Assembly (NCBI GenBank): GCA_965219535.1
Contig: CBDCNV010000002.1
Location: forward strand, 420,001-452,000
Reading direction: 5' to 3'
DNA from: Opitutales bacterium
GTDB taxonomy: Bacteria > Verrucomicrobiota > Verrucomicrobiia > Opitutales > PNEW01
DNA: 32,000 bases
Below, in pieces: positions 7,278-15,019 of the stretch; the first letter of the stretch is position 1, and each line of letters starts with the position of its first letter. The translations under genes and the position numbers were made by a program. The notes beneath the pieces are model-generated. The model was not told the DNA's origin. It saw nothing but the letters and a program-made list of their open reading frames with translations, and did no database searches.

Positions 7278-8144
7278 TTACTGTACCAGAGCAAGTGTTA
7301 GTTCCGGCAGGGTGGTATGGGTTTTAACTTTCTTAGACATGGCTCTCTGGGCGTATTCGGCCGGAGGCCGATAGCCCAGAGAACTGTGTGGTCTTTGAGT
7401 ATTATAATCAAGCCGCCAGGCTTCAAGTTTTTCTTTCGCTTCAGCGAGCGTACAAAATAGCTCGGTGTTAAGAAGTTCATCTCGTAAGCGTCCATTGAAG
7501 CTCTCAATATAACCATTCTCTACGGGTTTACCTGGCCGGATAAAATCCAGCTTGATGCCATGGCCATAAGCCCATTCATCCAGTACTTTGCCGGAAAACT
7601 CGGGCCCATTATCGACGGTAATGGTTTGGGGAAGACCGATTCCTGCAGCGGCTTTCATAAGTGCTGCAGCGACTTTGTGCCCACCGATGGACGTATCGAC
7701 CAAAAGCAGTGGGCAAGCTCGGGTGTATTGATCGACAACGGTGAGTATGCGGAAGGGGCGGCCGTTGGTCAGCCGATCGCTCATAAAGTCCATCGACCAG
7801 CGCTCCTGGGCTGCTGAAGCCGCGGGCAGTGAGACCCGTCTTTGCGCGGCACGCTTCTTTCGTTTCTTCGTGCGCACTTCCAGCCCTTCGGCCTTGTAGA
7901 TACGATAAACGCGTTTCTTTCCTACCGTCCAGCCTTCCCGCTTTAATAACACCGTGATTCGCCGATACCCGTAGCGCACGCGCGCTGCGGCGAGGTCACG
8001 GATGCGCATGATCAGCGCACGTTCGTCCTTCTTCACCGGCTGGTAGTTATAACTCGACCAATACAACTTCATCAGCCTGCACGCGCGGCGTTTGCTCACC
8101 TCATAAGCTTCCACTAACCAGTCAGCAATCACCTTCTTGCGCAC
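7278..8144 (-). CDS. IS3-family transposase OrfB (DDE integrase core)
   Basis: 288 aa with the rve-type core (WSMDF...D..TR......S......A....A.......P....DNGPEF........GI......[18 protein letters not shown]). The upstream frame is open to the A7 site, consistent with an OrfAB fusion. Confidence 0.9.
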   Translation of the reverse strand: MRKKVIADWLVEAYEVSKRRACRLMKLYWSSYNYQPVKKDERALIMRIRDLAAARVRYGYRRITVLLKREGWTVGKKRVYRIYKAEGLEVRTKKRKKRAAQRRVSLPAASAAQERWSMDFMSDRLTNGRPFRILTVVDQYTRACPLLLVDTSIGGHKVAAALMKAAAGIGLPQTITVDNGPEFSGKVLDEWAYGHGIKLDFIRPGKPVENGYIESFNGRLRDELLNTELFCTLAEAKEKLEAWRLDYNTQRPHSSLGYRPPAEYAQRAMSKKVKTHTTLPELTLALVQ

Positions 8145-8149
8145 AGGCT

Positions 8150-8422
8150 TTATAATTTTTTTGCGATTACTTCCTGCAGCATGTGCTTGTCCAGGCTCAG
8201 ATCAGCTACCAGCTTCTTCAAACTGGCGTTCTCTTCATCGAGTTGCTTCAGCCGTCTTAATTCGCTCATTCCCATGCCCGCGTATTTACCCTTCCATCGG
8301 TGGTAGGTCTGTTCGCTCACGCCTAACTCTCGGCACACTTCGGCAATCCTTCGTCCGCCTTCTACCTGCCTTAGGGCATAGATGATTTGTTCTTTATTAT
8401 ATCGTTTTCCTTTATTTTTCAT
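8150..8422 (-). CDS. IS3-family transposase OrfA (HTH)
   Basis: 90 aa. [40 protein letters not shown] followed by a leucine-zipper-like [18 protein letters not shown]. Confidence 0.9.
   Translation of the reverse strand: MKNKGKRYNKEQIIYALRQVEGGRRIAEVCRELGVSEQTYHRWKGKYAGMGMSELRRLKQLDEENASLKKLVADLSLDKHMLQEVIAKKL
8156..8162 (-). promoter_or_regulatory. Programmed -1 ribosomal frameshift heptamer A-AAA-AAA
   Basis: The - strand reads GCA AAA AAA TTA TAA in the orfA frame. A -1 slip gives [15 protein letters not shown], which continues into OrfB. Confidence 0.75.
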
Positions 8423-8508
8423 GGGTGGTTCTTTCTCCTATTTTTTATTAGGTTTTCCACCCATGCCAGACTAAATCTTTGCTGGTCCAGTTTTATGGGG
8501 ACAGGTCA

Positions 8509-9093
8509 TCTCGTCGCCGACAGAGACGACGAGGGCACTCTACTGGGCTCCCTACCCAAGCAGTAAAGCCGAACCATGTATGGAGTTTGGATTTTGTTGC
8601 CGGCCGCACCGATTGCGGAGGACAACTGCGGATGATGACTTTAATCGATGAGCAGACTCGTCAATGCCTGGCCATAAAGGTATCTCGTTCGCTCAAAAGC
8701 GAAGACGTGGTGGAAGTCTTAGTCGAAGCTATTGAAGAGTATGGCAGACCCCAATGCATCCGCTCCGATAACGGTTCGCAGTTCGTAGCACAAAAAGTCA
8801 GAGAAGCACTCCTCAAGTGCCAGATCGACATTATCTACATCGACCCTGGCAGTCCTTGGCAAAACGGCCATGTTGAATCCTTTCACAATCGACTGCGTGA
8901 CGTACCGAGGAACGTAGTGACGACATAGCGAAGCACTCATGCTTAAACCAAGAGTGGTTTCTAAGCGTTACCGAAGCGCGTGTTGTCATCCATGCGTGGA
9001 AGCAAAAATACAATACCCATCACCCTCATAGTCGTTTAGGCTTTCTCTCTCTAAACGCTTTTGCCAAACTCTGGCAGGAACTCAATCCAACAG
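8509..9093 (+). pseudogene. Fragment of a second IS3-lineage transposase OrfB (copy C), cut at both sides
   Basis: ...NHVWSLDFVAGRTDCGGQLRMMTLIDEQTRQCLAIKV...IRSDNGSQFVAQ...DPGSPWQNGHVESFHNRLRD, then a 37-nt insertion, then (frame shifted) CLNQEWFLSVTEARVVIHAWKQKYNTHHPHSRLGF. The 5' end abuts the IS407-like end at 8508. The 3' end abuts the decayed IS407-like copy. Confidence 0.75.
8903..8939 (+). repeat. Short insertion, family member 4 (37 nt)
   Basis: TACCGAGGAACGTAGTGACGACATAGCGAAGCACTCA lies between RLRD and CLN of copy C. It is absent at the homologous site of the copies at 14741-14760 and 11190-11200. Confidence 0.6.
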
Positions 9094-9765
9094 GTGCTGA
9101 TCGTGCGTATCCGTGATATCGTCGCAGTCCGCGCGCGCTACGGGCATAAGCTGAATCACGCTGTTATTAAATGGGGGAAGTTAGCTTATCGGAAAGAAAC
9201 GGAAGAAGCATGCCGCGAAATAGGCGGATCTCACTGCCCGAGGCTTAGCTGCCCAGGAGTGTTGGTCAATGGACTTTATGAGCGATCGTTTGACCAATGG
9301 TCTCCCCCTTGTGCATGCTTACCATTGTCGATCAGTATCCCCGAGCTTGCCCACTGCTTGTGGTCGATACGTCCATCGGTGGACGCAAAGTCGCTGCAAC
9401 ACTTATGAAAGCCTCTGAAGGAATCGAACTTCCCCAAATCAGTACTGTCGATAATGGTCCCGAGTTTGCAGCCAAAGTACTGGATCAGAAGGCTTATGGC
9501 CACAGCCTCGAACTGGATTTTATCAAGCTAGTCATATCCTTAGAAAATGGCTATATTGAGAGATTCAATGGACGCTTAGGAGATGAACTTCTTAACACCG
9601 AGATATTTTGCATGTCGACTGAAGTTAAAGAATAAAAAAAAGTTGAATCCTGGCGGCTTGATTATAATGTCCAAAGATCACAGTTCTTTGGGCTAATCAA
9701 ATCAAAACTCTTACCATCCTGCCGGATCTAACACTGGCTCTGGTACAGTAAACGGGAGCAGGTCA
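9094..9765 (+). pseudogene. Decayed, 5'-truncated IS407-like copy in inverted orientation
   Basis: Nucleotide-level colinearity with the reverse complement of 7264-8040, with deletions and frameshifts. It ends in the same IR (...CAGTAAACGGGAGCAGGTCA, 9746-9765). ORFs 9061..9408 and 9297..9635 are its broken frames. Confidence 0.8.
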
Positions 9766-9841
9766 ATATATAAATGAAACCATGCACAGCAGTATTTCGC
9801 TATTTTTGAGAAAATAACGTTATTAAAGAATATGATCCTCA

Positions 9842-11095
9842 ATGAAACTGATCGCATTAAAATGTATGTGGCTTAACAGGTTTTTAATTACCACCGGACT
9901 TTTCAACCTGTTCGCATTTTATTGTGAGGCACAAGAAGGACTTGAATTAGGGCGAATTTTACAAAAAGAGATGCCCCCTTTGCTCAAGGAGAGCAAAATT
10001 ATTCTAAATGTCCGCCCGCGCTATGAAACTTCCGATCAGGATGGCCGTGATGATTCTAACGCTGTAACGTTACGTACGCGGTTGGGCTTTAAAACTGGTA
10101 GTTTTAACGGAATTTCTGCCTTGATAGAAATGGAGGATATTCGGGTGATTGGATCGGAGGGTCATTTTAATCCCTACCCACAACCAGGCCGAACGGTAAT
10201 TGCCGATCCTGAAGGAACTGAATTAAATCGAGCTCAAGTTAGTATTACAGGATTTGATACGACAACAATAATTGGTCGACAACGGATCATCTTGGATAAT
10301 GCCCGTTTTATCGGCAATGTCGGATTCCGTCAAAATGAACAGACCTATGATGCGGTCACGGTAACAAATCAAAGTATACCCGATTTTATTTTTTATTATG
10401 GTTATATCGACACGGTGCATCGTATTTTTGGAGACGATGCTCCCCAACCCGCGCAACGGGAATTTAAATCTAGTTCACATTTGATCAAAATGGATTACAA
10501 GGGCCAGAAATCCACTAAACTTACCCTTTATGCCTATCTTCTGGATCTCAATAATGCTGCAGCTAATTCAAGCAATACCTATGGAATGCAGTATTCAGGT
10601 TCGCGCAAAAGCGAAAATGAAATGATCCTCAAATGGCATGTCGAGTTTGCACATCAGACAGATGCCAACAATAATCCATCAAATTACGAAGCCAATTATT
10701 TTCATGTTACCGCATCAACCTATAAGTGTTTTACATTGGGTGCCGGTTACGAACTTTTTGGTAGCGACAACAACCAGGGTTTTCGTACCCCATTAGCCAC
10801 TTTGCATAAATTTAATGGATGGAGTGATGTTTTTCTCTCTACCCCATCTCAAGGGCTGGAAGATATTTATTTGATGGCAGGAATTTCTTTAATGAAAGAT
10901 CTGCCAGCTAAAATTACTGGCCATTGGTTCACAGCTGAGGAAGGTAGTCAGGACTACGGCTATGAGATAGATGCTGTCATCTCCAGAAAGATGAATAAGC
11001 ACTGGTCAATACTGGCGAAATACAGTTATTTTAACGGTGAAAATGGTTTTGCCGATCGGCAGAAGTTCTGGCTGCAGACTGATATTAAATTCTAA
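9842..11095 (+). CDS. Outer-membrane beta-barrel porin, alginate-export-family-like
   Basis: Signal peptide. RPRYE...D......A.TLRTRLG...; GRQRIILDNARFIGNVGFRQNEQTYDA; alternating beta-strand pattern; C-terminal ...WLQTDIKF (terminal Phe). Confidence 0.65.
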   Translation: MKLIALKCMWLNRFLITTGLFNLFAFYCEAQEGLELGRILQKEMPPLLKESKIILNVRPRYETSDQDGRDDSNAVTLRTRLGFKTGSFNGISALIEMEDIRVIGSEGHFNPYPQPGRTVIADPEGTELNRAQVSITGFDTTTIIGRQRIILDNARFIGNVGFRQNEQTYDAVTVTNQSIPDFIFYYGYIDTVHRIFGDDAPQPAQREFKSSSHLIKMDYKGQKSTKLTLYAYLLDLNNAAANSSNTYGMQYSGSRKSENEMILKWHVEFAHQTDANNNPSNYEANYFHVTASTYKCFTLGAGYELFGSDNNQGFRTPLATLHKFNGWSDVFLSTPSQGLEDIYLMAGISLMKDLPAKITGHWFTAEEGSQDYGYEIDAVISRKMNKHWSILAKYSYFNGENGFADRQKFWLQTDIKF

Positions 11096-11230
11096 AATAG
11101 GGCTGTTCAAAGTTGTAGGTCTGACGCCATTGTTCGATTACCCCTTAGGCTTCAGCTACGCTGAGCAACACTTCACGGTTCAAACACTCATCGCGTAATC
11201 GATTGAGAAACGACTCGATGAAACCGTTTG

Positions 11231-11273
11231 TTATTCTCGCTATGGCTCGTTGAGGTGTCGCTTCGCTCGGTAG
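11231..11273 (-). repeat. Short insertion, family member 2 (about 42 nt, in frame)
   Basis: In IS orientation, CTACCGAGCGAAGCGACACCTCAACGAGCCATAGCGAGAATAA lies between ...GGCAGTCCCTGG and CAAACGGTTTCATCGAG. The full copy reads GGCAGTCCCTGGCAAAACGGTTTCATCGAG at 14702-14731. It is translated in frame as PW-LPSEATPQRAIARIT-NGF. Confidence 0.7.
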
Positions 11274-11352
11274 CCAGGGACTGCCCGGATCGCTATAGAT
11301 CGCCTTGATCTTTTTGTCGGACAACCACTGCTGCACCTGATGAGCAATGAAT

Positions 11353-11384
11353 GGCTTCGCATGTCGTCGCTTCGCTCCTCGGAA
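11353..11384 (-). repeat. Short insertion, family member 3 (about 32 nt)
   Basis: In IS orientation, TTCCGAGGAGCGAAGCGACGACATGCGAAGCC lies inside AGTGACAACGGCA..TTCATTGCTCAT, which is uninterrupted in the full copy at 14619-14648. Confidence 0.7.
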
Positions 11385-11648
11385 CATTGCCGTTGTCACT
11401 ACGGATATAGCTGGGAACACCCTCTTTTTCAATGGTCTTGCTGAGAACAGTGCGGATGTCCTTAGAGGTGAGTTGACGAGCTACCCGGATATCCAGACAT
11501 TGACGCGTGTATTCATCGATCCGCACTCCGCGACTACAATTGATGCTCTGTTTGTTTGCTTCAAGTCTCCTCCGGTGATGCGCAACCCTGGATTGCCTAC
11601 AGGCACAGTGAAGGAACCCATAACAAATAATAAATGCGGATGCGCATT

Positions 11649-11804
11649 TGATCGGACCCCGTTTTTCGTACCAATTTAAGTGAGAGAGTTACCGGGTGTT
11701 AATGGTTTTAGGATTGATGTATATGAGAGATCTTGGCGAAGTGAGGGCGTAGCCCGAACGCGGCCAAGATCGGAAAGGAATCTGACAAACTCTTGTGGGC
11801 TTTT
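11649..11804 (-). mobile_element. 156-bp terminal (IRR-side) fragment of the second IS3 lineage (copy B-frag)
   Basis: One mismatch against the reverse complement of 14864-15019. It starts with the IS tip TGATCGGACCCCG and ends 3 nt before the IS1595 element 2 terminal repeat. Confidence 0.85.
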
Positions 11805-11994
11805 AAAGGGAATTATATACAATTTTACCCATCAGGTATTAACCTGATTTATTCTTATACTTCCAATTCTTCTTAGGCGGTTTCATCATAATAGTCTTTG
11901 CTACACGTTCAGGTGTATCATTAATGACTAATATTTTATTCTTTACTGGCCTTCCAGCCTTGGACTTTTCATGTTGTTTATTCACTTCAACTTT

Positions 11995-12450
11995 TTAGTT
12001 TTTCTTTCCGAAACCCCATCCCGCTAAGAATCCCCCTGCTCCACTCACTAAACTTGAGATAATAGGTGTTAGTATATTTGGTTTATCTTTAAACATTACA
12101 ATTACAAATACAAATAGCGCAATAAATGTCATAAATATGCATAGCGCGTAGCGTCTTTTTGAAGAATTTTCTTCTTTATTATTCTGTTCCGCTGCAGCAT
12201 GGAGTGAAAATTCTCGTCCATCATGTTTTTCTGCTAAATCCAAGATTGATGAAATATGTTCAGCGTCCATTTTATGAACTAAAGGATTCCCGGTTTGTGT
12301 GATCCCCATTGACAATTCCATGAATTTCTCCGGCTGCTTATCAGCTAACTTTTTAAAGACACTTTCTAACTGAGGTTCTTCATCTTTTCGGTTGGAATCC
12401 CGATTTTTCTTTTCCGATGGATCTAACGGAAGTTGTGGTTCTTCACTCAT
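11995..12450 (-). CDS. Hypothetical membrane protein (helical N-part plus two C-terminal TM helices; DUF2335-like architecture)
   Basis: 151 aa. The TM segments are YALCIFMTFIALFVFVIVMF and ILTPIISSLVSGAGGFLAGWGFG. Its start overlaps the upstream stop (ATGA at 12447-12450). Confidence 0.5.
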   Translation of the reverse strand: MSEEPQLPLDPSEKKNRDSNRKDEEPQLESVFKKLADKQPEKFMELSMGITQTGNPLVHKMDAEHISSILDLAEKHDGREFSLHAAAEQNNKEENSSKRRYALCIFMTFIALFVFVIVMFKDKPNILTPIISSLVSGAGGFLAGWGFGKKN

Positions 12451-12872
12451 GTATATTTTTTAAAATATTCTAATGTCCACCTTGATGGATTTCTAAAATC
12501 CAATGTTTTGTTTAAAAGATTATTAAACCTTTTATTAATAAATTCTTGGAATGAGTAAGCCATAATTAACTCAGTCTCTTTTTCTGTAAGGGTTTTTTCT
12601 TCGAGTATATCAAGTAAGGTTTTTATGGATTTTTCCATAGATTTTAAATCTTCAGGGTAATTGCTGGATATTTCTTTCCTCTGACTTGATGATAAAGCTA
12701 CTAAAAAATTCTTTAAAAATTCATCTGTACTAAAGTGAATATCTTTTTGAGATTCTTCACGATTTCTATTTAGAGAAGCTAAACTTCCTGACTTAGATAT
12801 AGCGTATTTTGACTCAGCTTCCCTAGCTTCGCGATCAATGTCTTGGAGAATTAATTGTTCAGAGTTACTCAT
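12447..12872 (-). CDS. Hypothetical cytosolic helical protein
   Basis: 141 aa. The ATG lies 2 nt after the transposase stop. No motif recognised. Confidence 0.45.
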   Translation of the reverse strand: MSNSEQLILQDIDREAREAESKYAISKSGSLASLNRNREESQKDIHFSTDEFLKNFLVALSSSQRKEISSNYPEDLKSMEKSIKTLLDILEEKTLTEKETELIMAYSFQEFINKRFNNLLNKTLDFRNPSRWTLEYFKKYT

Positions 12873-12874
12873 AT

Positions 12875-13679
12875 TTATAATGTTAGATCCTTATATCGAA
12901 GTCGCATACCAATTAATCCTTTAGCAATGCGGGACATTTGATTAATAGTATCTAATTTGCGATCATTTGACCTTCCTGCAAACTCTTTTACATACCTTTT
13001 TAAGTGCTTGGCACTCATATGATGGTGTGTTCCATAATACCCGCGCTTCAATAGTGCCCAAAAACTTTCTATGCCATTTGTATGTGTTTGTCCTTGAACG
13101 TATTCCTTTATACTATGCTTAACAGAATAATGTATATTTCTCTTGCTAATCCCTAAGTAGCCTGGATGGTCATCAGTATAAACGATTGCTTTTGTATTCA
13201 CACTTTCCTTTACAAACTTAGTTAATGTCAAGCTGTCAGTAGAATCAATAATTTTCGCCTTGATTTTACCGCCTCTCTCTTTTGCACCAACTACGGCTTT
13301 CTTACCCACAGGCCCGCGTCCTTTATTACTGCGTTTGTTAAAATGTTTATTCTTCTCTTTTCCTCCCATAAAAGTCTCATCTACTTCACCATCTAAAAGA
13401 GAAACATTATCGCCATAAGTTTCACGGATACGCATTCCAAGATGCCAAGCGCTTTTTTGAGTGATGTTTAAATCACTGGCAAGTTTGGTACTCGCGATAC
13501 CTTTTAAGTTTGTTGTCAGTAGATAAATAGCAAAAGCCCAAGTGCGAAAACCTAAATTGCTTCCTTCCATTAATGTGCCTGTTTTCGTGCTAAAATCTTT
13601 ACGGCATGATTTACAACGCCATGACCTTTTTACCGTCTTGCGTTCGCTTACCCTTTCACAACCACAAAGAGGACTGGAG
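12875..13679 (-). pseudogene. IS1595-family transposase, N-terminally truncated
   Basis: The listed ORF 12875..13570 carries the DDE part (VDETFMGGKEKNKH...YTDDHPGY...TNGIESFWALLKRGYYGTHHHMSAKHLKRYVKEFAGRSN). The same frame is open upstream through the zinc ribbon PLCGCERVSERKTVKRSWRCKSCRKDF but has no start codon. The first 45 or so residues seen in copy 1 are missing. Confidence 0.8.
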
Positions 13680-13925
13680 TGACCCCCAAAAATCGTATCA
13701 TTTACAGAGAGAGGTTATCGGGATAAACAGATAACCTCAATGAAAAGAAAAAGATACACAACAGAACAGATTATAACAATATTGCGGCAAGCCGATACCG
13801 GTAAAACGGTACAGGAAATCTGCCGTGGAAACAACCTGAGCGAACAGACTTTCTATCGCTGGCGTAAAAAATATGGCAATTTAGAACTTGCCGATGCGAA
13901 GCGATTTAAAGAGCTGGAAAAAGAA

Positions 13926-13954
13926 TTCACGAGCGCAAGCGAGAAGGCCTGACA
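13926..13954 (+). repeat. Short insertion, family member 5 (27-29 nt, in frame, contains TGA)
   Basis: TTCACGAGCGCAAGCGAGAAGGCCTGACA splits the leucine-zipper segment ELEKE / TELKKLLAD of OrfA. It resembles member 2 (..CGAGCGAAGCGA..). Confidence 0.55.
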
Positions 13955-14020
13955 TACCGAGCTGAAGAAGCTGCTCGCAGATCAAATGCTCAAGAATCAG
14001 GTAATGGAGGAAACGCTGTC

Positions 14021-14027
14021 AAAAAAA
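14021..14027 (+). promoter_or_regulatory. Programmed -1 frameshift heptamer A-AAA-AAA
   Basis: TCA AAA AAA TGG TGA in the orfA frame. The -1 frame continues as KKMVSPKQKKRVVKAAAEKG, which is ORF 14027..14476. Confidence 0.7.
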
Positions 14028-14992
14028 TGGTGAGCCCAAAGCAGAAGAAACGAGTAGTAAAAGCTGCGGCTGAGAAAGGGTTGTGCTCGTTGCGGAGGGC
14101 TTGTGCTTATCTCAGCCTGAGTTGGTCAACGTTCAGTTACCGGCCCAAACAGGCCAGTGAGAAAGCTCAGCGGTTGGTCGAGCGGATTGTGAGCTTGTCC
14201 TGGAAACATCCCCGCTACGGTTACCGGCGCATCCGTGCCTTGCTGGTAAAGGAAGGCTGGACAACAAGCAGGAAGTTTGTCCAGGCGGTACGACGTTCAG
14301 AAGGGCTGCAGGTAAAGCCCCCGAAAAAGGGCAGACACCGTCAAGGAGTCTCTACGGGGTCACCTACTAAAGCAAAGGGTCGCAATCACGTTTGGTCCTG
14401 GGACTTTGTCCATGATCGTACAGACAACGGCGGTCCATTAAAGATGATGACTCTAATCGATGTACCGAGGAGCTGAAAGCGACGACACTCAAGCGAAGCG
14501 AAGACATATACGCGTAAATGCCTGGATATCCGGGTCGCTCGTCAACTCACCTCAACCGATGTCCTCTCTGTGCTTAGCGAGGCCATTGAAGAGGAGGGAC
14601 CTCCCAGCTATATCCGTAGTGACAACGGCAGTGAGTTCATTGCTCATCAAGTGCAGCAGTGGTTGTCCGGTAATAACATAAAGGCGATCTATATCGATCC
14701 GGGCAGTCCCTGGCAAAACGGTTTCATCGAGTCGTTTCACAACCGCTTACGCGATGAGTGTTTGAACCGTGAAGTGTTGCTCAGCGTGGCTGAAGCGCAA
14801 GTGGTAATCGAACAATGGCGTCAGACCTATAACCATGAACATCCCCACAGTCGTTTAGGCTTCAAAAGCCCACAAGAGTTTGTCAGATTCCTTTCCGATC
14901 TTGGCCGCGTTCGGGCTACGCCCTCACTTCGCCAAGATCTCTCATATACATCAATCCTAAAACCATTAACACCCGGTTACTCTCTCACTTAA
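14027..14992 (+). pseudogene. IS3-family OrfB interrupted only by an in-frame insertion carrying TGA (14474-14476)
   Basis: ORFs 14027..14476 and 14570..14992 share one frame. The gap between them translates without further stops (KRRHSSEAKTYTRKCLDIRVARQLTSTDVLSVLSEAIEEEG...). The DDE core is intact (WSWDF...LID...SDNGSEF...DPGSPWQNGFIESFHNRLRDE). Confidence 0.8.
14463..14506 (+). repeat. Short insertion, family member 1 (net +42 nt, in frame, contains TGA)
   Basis: ATCGATG-TACCGAGGAGCTGAAAGCGACGACACTCAAGCGAAGCGAAGACA-TATACGCGTAAATGCCTGGATATC, compared with the uninterrupted ATCGATGAATACACGCGTCAATGTCTGGATATC in copy A (reverse complement of 11488-11520). Confidence 0.75.
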
Positions 14993-15019
14993 ATTGGTAC
15001 GAAAAACGGGGTCCGATCA

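Larger units (their letters stand above)
7264..8508 (-). mobile_element. Intact IS3-family element, IS407-like (1245 bp)
   Basis: Ends are TGACCTGCTCCCGTTTACTG (7264...) and ...CAGTTTTATGGGGACAGGTCA (8488-8508), with TG...CA termini. orfA and orfB are linked by an A7 frameshift site. The IR start TGACCTGC is typical of the IS407 group. Confidence 0.85.
11098..11640 (-). pseudogene. Decayed fragment of the second IS3 lineage (copy A), OrfB central part
   Basis: About 85-90 percent identical to the reverse complement of roughly 14440-14830. The broken frames are ORFs 11145..11432 and 11293..11526. It carries two short insertions and an upstream deletion, and its left end abuts the porin stop codon. 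Confidence 0.7.
11808..13679 (-). mobile_element. IS1595-family element 2, truncated at its transposase-proximal end, with two passenger ORFs
   Basis: The terminal sequence GGGAATTATATACA at 11808-11821 matches the element 1 IR. The transposase and two tightly coupled downstream ORFs follow. The other end, with about 45 N-terminal codons, is replaced by the IS3-lineage IRL at 13680. Confidence 0.65.
13740..14033 (+). pseudogene. IS3-family OrfA interrupted only by an in-frame insertion carrying TGA (13950-13952)
   Basis: MKRKRYTTEQIITILRQADTGKTVQEICRGNNLSEQTFYRWRKKYG...KELEKE, then the insertion FTSASEKA*, then in the same frame HTELKKLLADQMLKNQVMEETLSKKW*. Confidence 0.8.
13680..15019 (+). 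mobile_element. Full-length copy of the second IS3 lineage (copy B, 1340 bp including two short insertions)
   Basis: IRL TGACCCCCAAAAATCGTATCATTTACAGAGAGAGGTTATCGGG versus the reverse complement of IRR, TGATCGGACCCCGTTTTTCGTACCAATTTAAGTGAGAGAGTAACCGGG (imperfect, TG...CA termini). It has orfA, an A7 frameshift site and orfB. Confidence 0.8.

Noticed and set aside
1686-14476. Possibility that TGA is a sense codon (alternative genetic code), given three in-frame TGAs in transposase frames
   Set aside because: TGA ends ORFs at plausible natural C-termini in this window: 23044..23640, and 1860..2225, whose TGA overlaps the next start. The long housekeeping ORFs contain no internal TGA. The standard code fits best.
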